The translations under genes were made by a program, and so were the position numbers. 64,000 nt of DNA from an uncultured Pseudomonadota bacterium (GTDB lineage: Bacteria; Pseudomonadota; Gammaproteobacteria; Burkholderiales; Burkholderiaceae_E): the NCBI GenBank assembly GCA_963844195.1, contig CAWJNC010000004.1, forward strand, positions 1,289,589 through 1,353,588, in the 5' to 3' direction. Under the pieces are notes generated by a model that saw only the letters and a program-made list of their open reading frames with translations, searched no databases and was not told the origin of the DNA. Below, piece after piece: positions 1 through 9,569 of this stretch. The number at the start of each line of letters is the position of its first letter. Within the stretch, counting starts at the first letter, position 1.

Positions 1-183
1 GGCAGCCGGCGTGGCGAGCTGCTCCGGATCGAATTGCTCCCACAGGCCGGTCTGCGCATCGCGGAAGGTCGGGATTCCGCTTTCGGCCGACATGCCGGCG
101 CCCGTGAATACTACGACCTGCGCTGCCGTCACCAGCAGGTCGGCAGCGGAGTCGAGCGTATCGGAATGACGCGAGGAGGGCAT
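1..183 (-). CDS. Sir2-family NAD-dependent protein deacylase, N-terminal 61 codons only (remainder lies left of the window)
   Basis: Reverse-strand ATG at 183-181. My translation is [61 protein letters not shown], which carries the sirtuin motif GAGxSxxSGIPxFR. It is absent from the ORF track because it runs off the window edge. Confidence 0.75.
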   Translation of the reverse strand, partial: MPSSRHSDTLDSAADLLVTAAQVVVFTGAGMSAESGIPTFRDAQTGLWEQFDPEQLATPAA

Positions 184-297
184 CGATGGGAGGTACTGCA
201 TCGACGGATTGTCCCAAAAGCGGGGCAGTCCGGAGCGCTGGACGCGATTCTCGAGGCGGGCGAGTTTCCCGCTCGCGGCAGCCACCTCGGCGCAGGG

Positions 298-765
298 TCA
301 AGCTCTGATCGCGTAATGTAGCGGCAGCGCGGTCGTGTACTTCATCTGCTCCATCGCGAAACTCGAGCTGACGTCGGACAGTTGAATGTCGCGGATCAGC
401 CTCTTGTAGACACCGTCGTAGGCGGCGATGTCCGGCACGACCACCCGCAGAAGATAGTCGATGTCGCCACTCATCCGATAGAGCTCGATGACCTCCGGGA
501 TCGCGGTCACCACCTGTGCGAAGCGCCGCAGCCACGCGTCATTGTGCTGATTGGTCTTGATCGCGACGAACACGGTGACGCCGACATTGAGCCGCGTCGG
601 GTCGAGCAGCGCGACTCGCTTGCGGATGACGCCCGACGTTTCGAGTTGCTGGATGCGCTTCCAGCAGGCGGTCGTCGACAGGTGCACGACCGCGGCGAGA
701 TCGGCGACCTTCTGATCGCAATCGATCTGCAGCGCTTCAAGAATCCGCCCGTCGATCCGATCCAT
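298..765 (-). CDS. Lrp/AsnC-family transcriptional regulator
   Basis: Track ORF 298..774 starts at a TTG. I prefer the ATG at 765 (MDRIDGRILEALQIDCDQKVADLAAVVHLSTTACWKRIQQLETSGVI...). It has an N-terminal wHTH plus a C-terminal AsnC/RAM-type domain (YLLRVVVPDIAAYDGVY). It is divergent from the next gene across an AT-richer spacer. Confidence 0.85.
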   Translation of the reverse strand: MDRIDGRILEALQIDCDQKVADLAAVVHLSTTACWKRIQQLETSGVIRKRVALLDPTRLNVGVTVFVAIKTNQHNDAWLRRFAQVVTAIPEVIELYRMSGDIDYLLRVVVPDIAAYDGVYKRLIRDIQLSDVSSSFAMEQMKYTTALPLHYAIRA

Positions 766-892
766 TTCTCCCAAAACCCTGTTTTATAGAATCAGTTTCA
801 CCTACTCTATTCACTTCGGTTGTTATTTGAAACCCGTTTTCAGGACATCAACGTTATTCTGTTGCCAGCGTGCAACTACATGGACGATCGTC

Positions 893-1108
893 ATGAACCT
901 GATGGCCCCATTCACCAACCACCCCGAGTCGGTGGGAGAGAGCTACTTCGAACATATGCGGACCGCCGGTGGCTTCGCGGTGGCAATGTTCATCGGCGCC
1001 TTGGCATGTCTGGTTCATGCGTTGCTGCCGTTCATGTGCACGAAGACAGGCAGCTTGACGATCACGCGGCTGCACCAGCGGATGGTCACCAACCGCGTGC
1101 GGCAGTGA
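893..1108 (+). CDS. small membrane protein, DUF6356-like
   Basis: Track ORF 827..1108. The internal ATG at 893 gives MNLMAPFTNHPESVGESYFEHMRTAGGFAVAMFIGALACLVHALLPFMCTKTGS...LHQRMVTNR. This matches my memory of the small DUF6356 family (HPxSxxE.Y.EH ... ACLVHALLPF ... LHQRM). Confidence 0.5.
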   Translation: MNLMAPFTNHPESVGESYFEHMRTAGGFAVAMFIGALACLVHALLPFMCTKTGSLTITRLHQRMVTNRVRQ

Positions 1109-1270
1109 TGACTGCGGCTCCCGGAGCCAAACCGGATACGATCACAGGCGCAGCCCGGCGGCGGACCCCCAGCGGCATGGTCGAACCCGATCGGCCGGGA
1201 ATGGTCACCCGCTTCTGTCCGGCTGCGGCCCACCGTGCCGGACCGGATCATGTACCTAAAGGAGAACAAC

Positions 1271-2272
1271 TTGAACAAGCGCGAGCGGATCATGGCCGCG
1301 GTCCGTGGTGAGCCTGTCGATCGGGTTCCCGTCGGCATGTGGCTGCACGATTTCACAATGGAGAACTCGGCCGAGGAACTGGTTCGCGAAACCTGTCGCC
1401 TGCATGATCGCTTCGACCTTGATTTCCTGAAGCCGCAGCAGCGCCCGCACTGCTTCGGGCAGATGTGGGGACAGGAATACGCGCGCTCCTTGCGCAAGGA
1501 CCTGAGACCCGAGATCACGCGCTATGCGATCCGTGACACTGGCGACCTCGGCAACGTGCATCGCGTCTACGCGAACCAGGGTGCACTCGGCGAGCAGCTC
1601 GACGCATTCCGGCGCCTGCGCGCGGCAATCGGTCCGAACGTGCCGTTCGTGGCGACCGTTTTCTCTCCGATGATGAACCTTACCCTGATGCACGCACGCG
1701 GCCGCGATGCGGCGCTGAACCTGCAGAAGCAAGCACCCGAGGACCTCGGTCGCGCGGTCGATGCCATGGCGGAGACACTCGCGGAGTTTGCCGCCGCGAG
1801 CCTTGCGCATGGCGCTGACGGCATCTTCTATGCGACCACGACGGCGAATGAAGGCGACACGACCTCCGACGACTTCGAACGATTCCAGCTGAAGGCCGAC
1901 CGCACGATCCTCGATGCGGTGCGGGGCGCACCCTTCAACATCCTGCACATCTGCGGCGGTTCGATCATGGCCGACTGGTTCGCCAACTACCCGGTATCGG
2001 TGGTGAGCTGGGCGACGACCCCAGGCAATCCCGACCTGCGCAGCATGCAGGCGCTGACCGGCAAGACGGTACTAGCCGGCATGCCGGGCAAGCCCGCCTT
2101 CGCGCAGCAAACCCCGGCGGCGCTGCGCGCCCACATTCACAGCTCGCTCGAACAGACCGGGGGCAATCGCCACATCGTCGGGCCGGACTGCTCGATCAAC
2201 CCTGGCACGCCCGACGACCTGATCGCCGCCGCGATCGACGCCGCCCGTGTATGGCGGCCGGCGGCTCGGTGA
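1271..2272 (+). CDS. uroporphyrinogen decarboxylase (URO-D/MtaA-like) family protein
   Basis: Track ORF 1235..2272. AAGGAG at 1259-1264 is followed 6 nt later by an in-frame TTG at 1271 (MNKRERIMAAVRGEPVDRVPVGMW...). ATG 1250 and ATG 1292 are alternative starts. The N-terminal ERxxAAxxGExxDRVPV signature and the ~335 aa length fit the URO-D family. Confidence 0.7.
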   Translation: MNKRERIMAAVRGEPVDRVPVGMWLHDFTMENSAEELVRETCRLHDRFDLDFLKPQQRPHCFGQMWGQEYARSLRKDLRPEITRYAIRDTGDLGNVHRVYANQGALGEQLDAFRRLRAAIGPNVPFVATVFSPMMNLTLMHARGRDAALNLQKQAPEDLGRAVDAMAETLAEFAAASLAHGADGIFYATTTANEGDTTSDDFERFQLKADRTILDAVRGAPFNILHICGGSIMADWFANYPVSVVSWATTPGNPDLRSMQALTGKTVLAGMPGKPAFAQQTPAALRAHIHSSLEQTGGNRHIVGPDCSINPGTPDDLIAAAIDAARVWRPAAR

Positions 2273-2306
2273 GCAGCAGACTTCTGCCACGGCTGAGACT
2301 CGCTCC

Positions 2307-3089
2307 ATGAATCTGGGCATCGCGAATCGCATCGCTCTGGTCTGCGGCGCCAGCAAGGGGCTCGGCTTCGCCTGCGCCGAGCGGCTGGCTGCGGACGGCT
2401 GCCACGTCGTCCTGGTGGCCCGCGACCCGGTCGCGCTCGACCAGGCAGCAGAGCGGCTGCGGACCAGCCATCCGGTCACCGTCCGCTGGATCGCCGCGGA
2501 CCTCGCCACGCTGGCTGGCCGCGAGCGCGTACTGCGTGACGGCGGCGCCCCCGACATCCTGGTCATCTCGGGGGGGTGGCCGACCACACAGACCGATCCG
2601 CTGCAACTGGACAACACCCAATGGCATGCCGCCCTTGAAGTGCTGCTGGTCGCGCAGATTCATCTGATGTCGAGTCTGGTCGGCGGGATGCGGGCGCGCG
2701 GCTTTGGACGGATCATCGCGGTTACATCACGGCTGATCAAGGAACCCGAACTTGCTCTAGCCATGCCGGCAGCGGCCCGGCTCGGCCTGACCGGCTACGT
2801 GAAGGCATTGGCAAACGAGGTCGCCTCGGACGGCGTCACGGTCAACACCATGCTGCCCGGCATCTTCATGACTGAGACGCAGGCCGCCTATTCGGAGTCG
2901 CTGCAGGCCCGTCTCGGCCAGTCTGCTGAGGACGTTCTTCGCACCCGTGTCGCGCTGACGCCGGCGCGCCGGTTCGGCACGCCTCAGGAATTCTCGTCGC
3001 TCTGCGCCTATCTTTGTTCGCAAGACGCCGGCTTCGTGACAGGTCAGGCGATCACGATAGACGGTGGCGCGCATTCCGGCATATGGTGA
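2307..3089 (+). CDS. SDR-family oxidoreductase
   Basis: Track ORF 2247..3089. ATG 2307 gives MNLGIANRIALVCGASKGLGFACAERLAADGCHVVLVARD (glycine-rich dinucleotide motif). Length is about 260 aa and the C-terminus GQAITIDGG is typical of classical SDRs. Confidence 0.8.
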   Translation: MNLGIANRIALVCGASKGLGFACAERLAADGCHVVLVARDPVALDQAAERLRTSHPVTVRWIAADLATLAGRERVLRDGGAPDILVISGGWPTTQTDPLQLDNTQWHAALEVLLVAQIHLMSSLVGGMRARGFGRIIAVTSRLIKEPELALAMPAAARLGLTGYVKALANEVASDGVTVNTMLPGIFMTETQAAYSESLQARLGQSAEDVLRTRVALTPARRFGTPQEFSSLCAYLCSQDAGFVTGQAITIDGGAHSGIW

Positions 3090-3120
3090 ACCTACCGACA
3101 ACCTGACCGAGGATCAAAGC

Positions 3121-4113
3121 ATGAAGCACTGGAATGAACTACTGCGCGGGCGACGCGAACTGATCAAGGGGATCGCCGCGGGTGCACTGGGTTCGACACT
3201 GATACCGGCCCGGGCCCAGACCTATCCGGAACGGACCGTGCGGGTCATCGTCCCGTTCGCTCCCGGCGGCAACGTCGACATCGTCGCGCGGCTGATGAAC
3301 CAGAAACTGGAGAGCGCACTCGGGCAGTCGTTCGTCGCCGAGAACCAGCCGGGGGCCTCAGGTGCAATCGGCGCGTCGCAGGTAGCCCGCGCCAAGGCTG
3401 ATGGCTACATGCTTTTGGCGAATTCGTCGATCCACGTGATCCTCCCCGCAGTCAAGCGCAACCTGAACTATGACGTGTTGACGGACTTCACGCCAATCTC
3501 GCAGGTCACCGAAGTGCCGATGGTGATGCTGATCAGCAACGAGCATCCGGCGAAGAATCACGCGGAATTTCTCGCCTGGGCGAAGCAGCAGCGCGACTTG
3601 ATCGACCATGGCACGTTCATCGGCTCGGCCGGGCATCTCGCGGCCCAGCAATGGCAGGAGGAAACCGGCATCAAGGTCAATGCAGTGCAGTACCGCGACG
3701 GCAACACCCGGTCTCTCGACGTCGCCGCCAACCGGGTCCCGTTCACCTACGAAGCGCTGCTGGCCGCATCGCCCTACCTGCGCACCGGCAAGATGCGCCC
3801 GCTCGCCGTCACCAGCAGGGTTCGCTCGGCGATGGCGCCCGACGTCCCTACGTTCGCCGAACTCGGTTTTCCGGGAGTCGACGCGAGCACCTGGCACGGC
3901 TACTGGGCACCCGCGGCGACGCCGAAACCGATCATCGACCGGCTCGGTGAGGTGCTGTCTCAGGCTGCCAAGAGCAAGGACGTCGTCGAGAAGGTCGAGG
4001 CCATGGGCGGACGCGTCGTCGCCAGCCTGCCTGAGGCATTCGCGCAGTTCTGCCGCACCGAAAAAGAGCGCTTCGGCGCGCTGATGAAGCGTGCCGGAAT
4101 CGAACCGGAGTAG
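3121..4113 (+). CDS. Bug/TctC-family tripartite tricarboxylate transporter substrate-binding protein
   Basis: Track ORF 3064..4113. ATG 3121 starts a signal peptide (MKHWNELLRGRRELIKGIAAGALGSTLIPARAQ). It is followed by YPERTVRVIVPFAPGGNVDIVARL, the hallmark Bug N-terminus. Length is about 330 aa. Confidence 0.85.
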   Translation: MKHWNELLRGRRELIKGIAAGALGSTLIPARAQTYPERTVRVIVPFAPGGNVDIVARLMNQKLESALGQSFVAENQPGASGAIGASQVARAKADGYMLLANSSIHVILPAVKRNLNYDVLTDFTPISQVTEVPMVMLISNEHPAKNHAEFLAWAKQQRDLIDHGTFIGSAGHLAAQQWQEETGIKVNAVQYRDGNTRSLDVAANRVPFTYEALLAASPYLRTGKMRPLAVTSRVRSAMAPDVPTFAELGFPGVDASTWHGYWAPAATPKPIIDRLGEVLSQAAKSKDVVEKVEAMGGRVVASLPEAFAQFCRTEKERFGALMKRAGIEPE

Positions 4114-4717
4114 GGGCTGGCCCTGGCCTCGACCGCACCGGCTAGCTCCATGGTGCGGGCATAGGCACCATCGCGGATGACTTCCATGCCGGGAACGGTC
4201 GTGGCACCTCGGCGCAGCGCCTGCGGCGACGGCCGAAGAGCAGCTGGAAGACCTGATTGAATCGCTGGATGCTGCCCAAGCCGGAATCCATGGCGGGGGG
4301 ACGACGAGGAAAAAGCCCGCCTCGGTGCGCCTCGAATCAAGGCAGTCTGGGAGAGCATCGCCGAGCATCTCGAAGGCGAGCCACAGGCCACCGAGTATCG
4401 AATGGTCGTCGAGATCAAATAGAGCGAGAAGTGCGCCGTCTCGGTCGAAAAGCATCGCTGTGATCACCAGCTCGCTGGACGCAGCCTATCGCGGCGATCG
4501 ACACCACGCTCCTTGAACCTTCACCAGTCCGGGTGTCAAGTTCGCCCGCGCGTCGAACCTCAGGTGGAACGGCCGAACGGCGCTGCAATCACCACCCCCT
4601 CCACACCCGCCGACACCGCCAACGCCACGGGCGAGGTTCAGATGAAAAAGCATCTCGCCCCCGCCGCCGCCCAGCCTGCCGAGCATAGGATGATCGCCTC
4701 CAGAGGAGGCATCGACC

Positions 4718-6306
4718 ATGTGCAGACTGTGTGAACAGGGCGAGCCGCAGGATCAGCGGAGCGGCGGAGTGGGGGCGCCAGGTCCGAGGTCGAGCCCGGG
4801 CCCGGTCCCGCGCCCGAGGCGACACTGGCTCAAGACCGGCGGTCCCATCGCCGCTTCTGCCGGAGCGCTATCGCTGTTTCGTCCTGCGAGCGTGCAGACC
4901 AGGAACGATCGCGAGCCCGAACACAGCGGCCGAGGCGGGCGCCGCTACCTGATCCGCGGCGGCGCGGTGATGTCGATGGATCCGACGGTCGGCGACTTCG
5001 CCGAAGCCGACGTGCTGGTCGAAGGCGGCAAGATCGTCGCGGTCGGCCGCAACCTGCAGGCCGGCGGCGCGGCCGTGATCGAGGCGCGCCGGGCGCATCG
5101 TGATGCCCGGCTTCATCGATACCCATCACCACCTGTTCGAGACGGCGCTGCGCAGCTATCTCGCCGACGGCCTGCTGTTCGACGAGGCTGGATCCGCGCA
5201 TCACGCAGAACTACTTCCAGAAGGTCCTGCAGACCTTCGCGCCGGTCTACCGGCCCGAGGACGTCTACATCAGCACCTTGTTCGGCTCGTTGAGCCAGCT
5301 CGATGCCGGCGTGACGACGGTATTCGACATCTCGCAGATCCACCATTCGCCCGCTCACAGCGACGCCGCGATCAAGGCGCTGCGGGACTCGCAGCGCCGC
5401 GCAGTCTTCGGCTACTTCGAGAGCGCGGGCGACGTCGCCGGCAACCAGTATCCGGCGGACGCGCCGGCGCATCAAGCTGCAGCACTTCAGCTCGAGCGAC
5501 CAGTTGCTGTCGATGTTCATGGGCGGCGAGATCTACCTGCCCGGCTACGAGGCGGCATGGGCGATCGGCCGCGAACTCGGCCTGCCGGTTGCGGCGCACA
5601 TCGTCGGCACCTTCGGCATGCGGCCGACCTTCGATGCACTGGCCAGCGCCGGCGCCTTCGGCGCCGACAACCTCTTCATCCACATGACCGGCATGTCCGA
5701 CTTCGCCTGGCGCGGGCGCAGCGACGCCGGCGCCGGCGTTTCGCTCGCGGTGCCGATCGAGATGAACATGCGCCACGGCACGCCGCCGATCCAGAAGGCG
5801 CTGGATCTCGGCTTCCAGCCGTCGCTGTCGACCGACGTCGAATGCACGCTGACGGCCGACTTCTTCACCCAGATGCGCACCGCGATGGCGCTGCAGCGCA
5901 TGTTCATCAACGGCCGCGCGCTCGGCGAGAACGGGCCAGCCGAAACCAGCCTGCCGCCGCTGGCCACCACGCGCGACGTGCTGCGCTGGGCCACCATGAA
6001 CGGCGCGCGCGACCTGAAGCTCGGCGACAAGGTCGGCTCGCTGACGCCCGGCAAGGAGGCGGACATCATCATCCTCGACGCCGAGGCGATCAACGTCGCG
6101 CCGCTGAACCACGTGCCGGGCGCCGTTGGTTTCGCTGATGGAGCGCAGCAACGTCGAGACCGTGATCGTCGCCGGCAAGGTCCGCAAGTGGAAGGGCCGG
6201 CTGCTGGACACCAACCTGGGCAGGCTGCGGCGCGACCTGGAGGAGTCGCGCGACTACCTGTTCGAGCAGCGCCGGCATCCGGCAGGATCTGTTCCGCCAA
6301 CCTTGA
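4718..6306 (+). pseudogene. amidohydrolase-family (metal-dependent hydrolase) gene with a Tat-like signal, inactivated by at least 5 frameshifts
   Basis: The protein has to be stitched from four track ORFs (4718.., 5100.., 5278.., 5504.., 6126..) plus a final frame.
- RRHWLKTGGPIAASAGALSL ... YLIRGGAVMSMDPTVGDFAEADVLVEGGKIVAVGRNL ... IEAR | IVMPGFIDTHHHLFETALRSYLADGLL
- | LDPRITQNYFQKVLQTFAPVYRPEDVYISTLFGSLSQLDAGVTTVFD...NQYPADA
- | RRIKLQHFSSSDQLLSMFMGGEIYLPGYE...NHVPGAV
- | VSLMERSNVETVIVAGKVRKWKG...DYLFE
- | AGIRQDLFRQP stop (6304-6306)
The HxH metal motif (DTHHH) is present. Frame changes are near 5092, 5190, 5462, 6122 and 6266. Confidence 0.8.
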
Positions 6307-6322
6307 GGTGTTCCCGACATTC

Positions 6323-6907
6323 CTACGAATGCGCCACGTCGATGTAGTAAAGGCCCCAGGGGCACGAGGCAAACCTCTCCTTCACCGGCTTGTTCTTGAA
6401 GGCGGGCAGGTTGTCGGCATCGTGGACCGCCCATTGTGGTCCCAGTCCGCCAAGCGCCAGGGGCTGGTCATCGATGTGCGTGGCGACGATCATACGGTAG
6501 GCACGGATCTCGTCCGCCCCCAGGGTGACGTTGTAGCCGTCGATCGCGCGCAGGCCGATACGCAGGGCTGGAGCGACTTCGACGCCAGCCTCCCCCAATA
6601 CCGACGTGAGCAGGGGACCGGATAGCTTGTGCGCCTTCTCGTCGTATTCGAGCGTCGGCCGGATGTCGATCCGCGGCAGCCGCTGCAGTCGCCCGGCGTC
6701 GAGCGCCAGCGCCTTCGAGAACTGGATACCGTGCCGGACCAGCAGTTGGTCCTGAACCGCATCGACCGGACCGCGGTTGCCGTTGGCGATCGCGCCGCCG
6801 ATGGTGAGCAATGGGACGCTCTGCCCGGGCGTGTTGGCAAGCGACGGGGTCGCTGCCGGAAGCATGGCGGCTGCCGCCGTGGTGCAAAGAAACTGGCGCT
6901 TGTTCAT
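6323..6907 (-). CDS. small periplasmic molybdopterin-binding oxidoreductase-like protein
   Basis: Intact 194-aa ORF. It has a signal peptide (MNKRQFLCTTAAAAMLPAATPSLA). The body (LLTIGGAI...LQRLPRIDIRPTLEYDEKAHKLSGPLLTSVLGEAGV...LRAIDGYNVTLGADEI...GPQWAVHD) matches the short oxidoreductase molybdopterin-binding domain proteins as I remember them. Confidence 0.55.
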   Translation of the reverse strand: MNKRQFLCTTAAAAMLPAATPSLANTPGQSVPLLTIGGAIANGNRGPVDAVQDQLLVRHGIQFSKALALDAGRLQRLPRIDIRPTLEYDEKAHKLSGPLLTSVLGEAGVEVAPALRIGLRAIDGYNVTLGADEIRAYRMIVATHIDDQPLALGGLGPQWAVHDADNLPAFKNKPVKERFASCPWGLYYIDVAHS

Positions 6908-6964
6908 GGAAGCCTCCGGGTTCCGGCAGGTGCCGGCGAAGGAACGGATCGTACCCGTTTCCCT

Positions 6965-7145
6965 TCAACCGTGGATCTCGACCACCGGTTCCTGGCGCGA
7001 TCTCCACGGCGACGGGCGGCACTCGCGGTGCTTGATGCCCCTTCACCAGCCGCTTGGCGAGGTCGGCGTCGCGGACCACGCAGGTGATGTCGCCATGCTC
7101 AGCCTTGAGGGACTCCAGTCGGGCGATCAGCTCGGAGATTCTCAT
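6965..7145 (-). pseudogene. small hypothetical gene (phage-like MxxxELIxxLxxLxxxHGD N-terminus), probably frameshifted
   Basis: The N-terminus of track ORF 6468..7145 reads MRISELIARLESLKAEHGDITCVVRDADLAKRLVKGHQAPRVPPVAVEI. The open frame then runs 440 nt into the oppositely framed 6323..6907 gene. A shift near 6995 gives ...RQEPVVEIHG stop at 6967-6965, a natural end. The call is weak. Confidence 0.3.
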
Positions 7146-7259
7146 GATATCGGGCGGCTATTGTCGAGCAGCTATTGTCGGGCGGAGCATGGTGCGGCAA
7201 TTCCCTTCGCCCTGCTGCAACCACTTCTCTTCGAAACCCTAGCATCTCTAAGACGATCA

Positions 7260-8183
7260 ATGAAAAGCAAACGAATCTGCGCAGTCTCGACCGTTGCACT
7301 CCTGCTCGCCGGCTGCGGCGGTGGAGGTGATGACCCCCCTGTTGCAGCAGCTCCCCCGCCCGTTGTCTCGCCCAGCCCGCCGGCTCCGGCAGCTCCTCCG
7401 GCAGCTCAACCGACCCCGGCCCCGACGCCGGCTCCGATCCCGGCTCCGATCCCGAGCGCAGCGCCGGCCCCCGTCGTCGCGCCCGTCAGCCCGAACCCGG
7501 TGCCGGCTCCACCCCGCCGCCTCCGGTCGCAAACCAGCCGGCTCCACCACCGCCGCCGCCTCCGGCTGCCCCGCCGCAGCCGGCCGAGGGCACGTACATC
7601 CGGGGCGAGATCGTCAAGCTGCGCGTTGCAAACCCGCCAGGACACCAACGTCAATTGGCCGGCCTACGAGAACGGCAACTCGCGTGGCCTTCCGATCATG
7701 GTCGCCTACGGCAGCTCGGCCCGGCACTTCACGCAGAGCAGTTTCTCGAACAGCTCGCCCTGGACCAGCAAGTTCCCGTACAGCTCGATGGGCTGGCAGA
7801 TCACGTACAGCGCCGAGGGGTTCCTCACGCTGAGCAGCGTCGCCGAGGCGTACACCGGCTATGAAGGGAGCCCCGGCAACGGCGTGGCCCTGTTCCGAGC
7901 TGCCGGCAACTTTGTGATCCCGGACAACTACAAGTTCATCCTCAACACGACCGCTGCCGAGTGGAAGGGTGTCGAGGGCGCGCCGTGGTTCGTGCAGCTG
8001 CAGATCAGCACCTACTCGGGCAGCAACACGGTGTTCAAGCTCTGCCTGCCCCAGTACCTGCCTGACGTGCGCCGGCTGGCCTGCACGCTGCACAACAAGG
8101 ATTCCGGTGCCTACCGGGGATCGCAGGCCATTGACGACAGCCGCAACATCGGACCAATCGAATATGTGCCGCTGAACCGTTGA
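7260..8183 (+). CDS. lipoprotein with Pro/Ala-rich linker and a C-terminal domain of unknown function
   Basis: Track ORF 6777..8183. ATG 7260 gives MKSKRICAVSTVALLLAGCGGGGDD (lipobox LLAGC). A PAPAAPPAAQPTPAPTPAPIPAPIP linker follows, including a 12-bp tandem ccggctccgatc x2. The last ~190 aa (NWPAYENGNSRGLPIMVAYG...IGPIEYVPLNR) form a domain I cannot assign. The internal segment 7505-7630 looks out of frame (see findings). Confidence 0.6.
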   Translation: MKSKRICAVSTVALLLAGCGGGGDDPPVAAAPPPVVSPSPPAPAAPPAAQPTPAPTPAPIPAPIPSAAPAPVVAPVSPNPVPAPPRRLRSQTSRLHHRRRLRLPRRSRPRARTSGARSSSCALQTRQDTNVNWPAYENGNSRGLPIMVAYGSSARHFTQSSFSNSSPWTSKFPYSSMGWQITYSAEGFLTLSSVAEAYTGYEGSPGNGVALFRAAGNFVIPDNYKFILNTTAAEWKGVEGAPWFVQLQISTYSGSNTVFKLCLPQYLPDVRRLACTLHNKDSGAYRGSQAIDDSRNIGPIEYVPLNR

Positions 8184-8228
8184 ACTTCTATTTTCCTGCG
8201 GCCGCAGTCATCTGGCGGCTGGAGTTTC

Positions 8229-8254
8229 AGGGCCCTTCGGGGCCCTTCTCTGTT
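8229..8254 (+). terminator. putative intrinsic terminator hairpin downstream of the lipoprotein gene
   Basis: agggccc-ttcg-gggccct forms a 7-bp GC-rich stem with a UUCG-type tetraloop (8229-8246). It is followed by tctctgtt and lies 46 nt after the stop at 8183. The T-tract is weak. Confidence 0.4.
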
Positions 8255-8589
8255 CCACCTGCACGCAGCGCAGCGGTGCAGAGGACTCGGACAAAGCCAG
8301 GAACAGAATGCGCCCATCCATCATTGTGGCGATCGACTTAACGACCCGGCCGACACTGCTTGTCTGATGCTGCTCGTCGCGTCTTGCAACATCTGGACAG
8401 CTGTGGTCCAGAACCCTGGCTTCGGGATACTGCACCGGTCAAGTTCAACGCGGCGGGGCTTCTTCGGAGCAGGGATGGGCTACGTAGCTGTACAGCACGA
8501 GGGACCGCGGTCGTCGGGAACGACTACTCGCTAACGACACCTGCGTCTACGCAGTCGGGACGTCGGAGCTGAGGGAAGCCGCGCCTATC

Positions 8590-9240
8590 TTGCTTGGGAA
8601 AGGCCGTCGCGGATGGTGTGCGCAAGAGAGAAATCAATGGGGTCGACCTTGTGCGGGGACAGCAAGGAACCACCCTCGCGCGGAGCTGGCTTGAACGCGA
8701 ACATGCTGCGCGAGTGGGTGATCGACGGCGGGCACAAGCTGCCGTCGCCGACGGTAGCGGCGATTCGGGTCAGGGGAAGGCAAAGCGAGTCGACCTGACG
8801 CATGGGCAGCTGCTTGCGTTGACGATCGGCTTGCCTTGGCATCGCATCGGAGAGGGCACAACGATCTGCATGTTGTGAGCTCTCGTCGTTTTGGCACCAT
8901 CGCGTGCATGCAGTTACACGGCAGATTGCGACGATGAATGAGCAGCAGCTGCGCAACGTCCACTGCCGAGCTGATCGAGAAGGTGACGCAGCAGGATCAA
9001 GGGATCCGCGCCTAGGCCGAATCGATCGAGCGAGATCAGCGCGAACTACACCGCCGCCAGCTCCAGATCGATCAGCTCACGCACGAGATGGCGGTGCTCA
9101 AGCGGTGGAAGTTCGCCGCGCCCAAGCGGTTGGACAGCAGCCAGCGCAGCCTGCTGGACGAGACGGTCGACGCCGACAGCCCAGACACCCGAACAGGACC
9201 GTCGCCTGCCCGAGGCCGGCGTGGAGGATCCCGTCCCCCG
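8590..9240 (+). mobile_element. IS66-family remnant (tnpA-like and tnpC N-terminal fragments; tnpB missing; frameshifted, with stops)
   Basis: Frames give ...SRGAGLNANMLREWVIDGG... (transposase ORFA-like HTH). They also give AELIEKVTQQDQGIRA stop AESIERDQRELHRRQLQIDQLTHEMAVLKRWKFAAPKRLDSSQRSLLDETVDAD. That is the coiled-coil/LKRWKF(G/A) N-terminus characteristic of IS66 TnpC. No intact ORF and no inverted repeats were identified. Confidence 0.5.
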
Positions 9241-9242
9241 GT

Positions 9243-9480
9243 TCAGGCGCTAACGCCGGCTCCGTCCCGATACCCAGCTTCCGACAGCACCGCGCCTCCG
9301 AACTCCGCTCCAGCGCCCTGGATCTCCGGCAAGGTCGTTCGATGCTCCGAAGTCGGGAGTCTCACCGGAGTCAGGCCGTTTCCTCCGGGCATCTTAGAAG
9401 AGAGCCGCCTCCAGTTCCGGGGGAACGTCAACGCGTAGGGCGCTCCGTGTTTGACGAAACGCAGCGGTTGCCACATGCTT
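9243..9480 (-). mobile_element. IS3-superfamily DDE integrase-core fragment
   Basis: Track ORF 9243..9476 (-) reads ...GLTPVRLPTSEHRTTLPEIQGAGAEFGGAVLSEAGYRDGAGVSA. This resembles the (R/T)xDNGxEFxxxAxxxWxxxxGV block of IS3/IS407-type OrfB. The upstream frame has ALRVDVPPELEAALF. It is degenerate and abuts the IS66 remnant. Confidence 0.35.
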
Positions 9481-9569
9481 TGGGTTCGCGCAAACAGTTG
9501 GAGATCCTTCGCTTAGCGATACGTCGCCCAGGGCTGCAATACACGTTTCATCCCAACGGGGAGAGCTCC

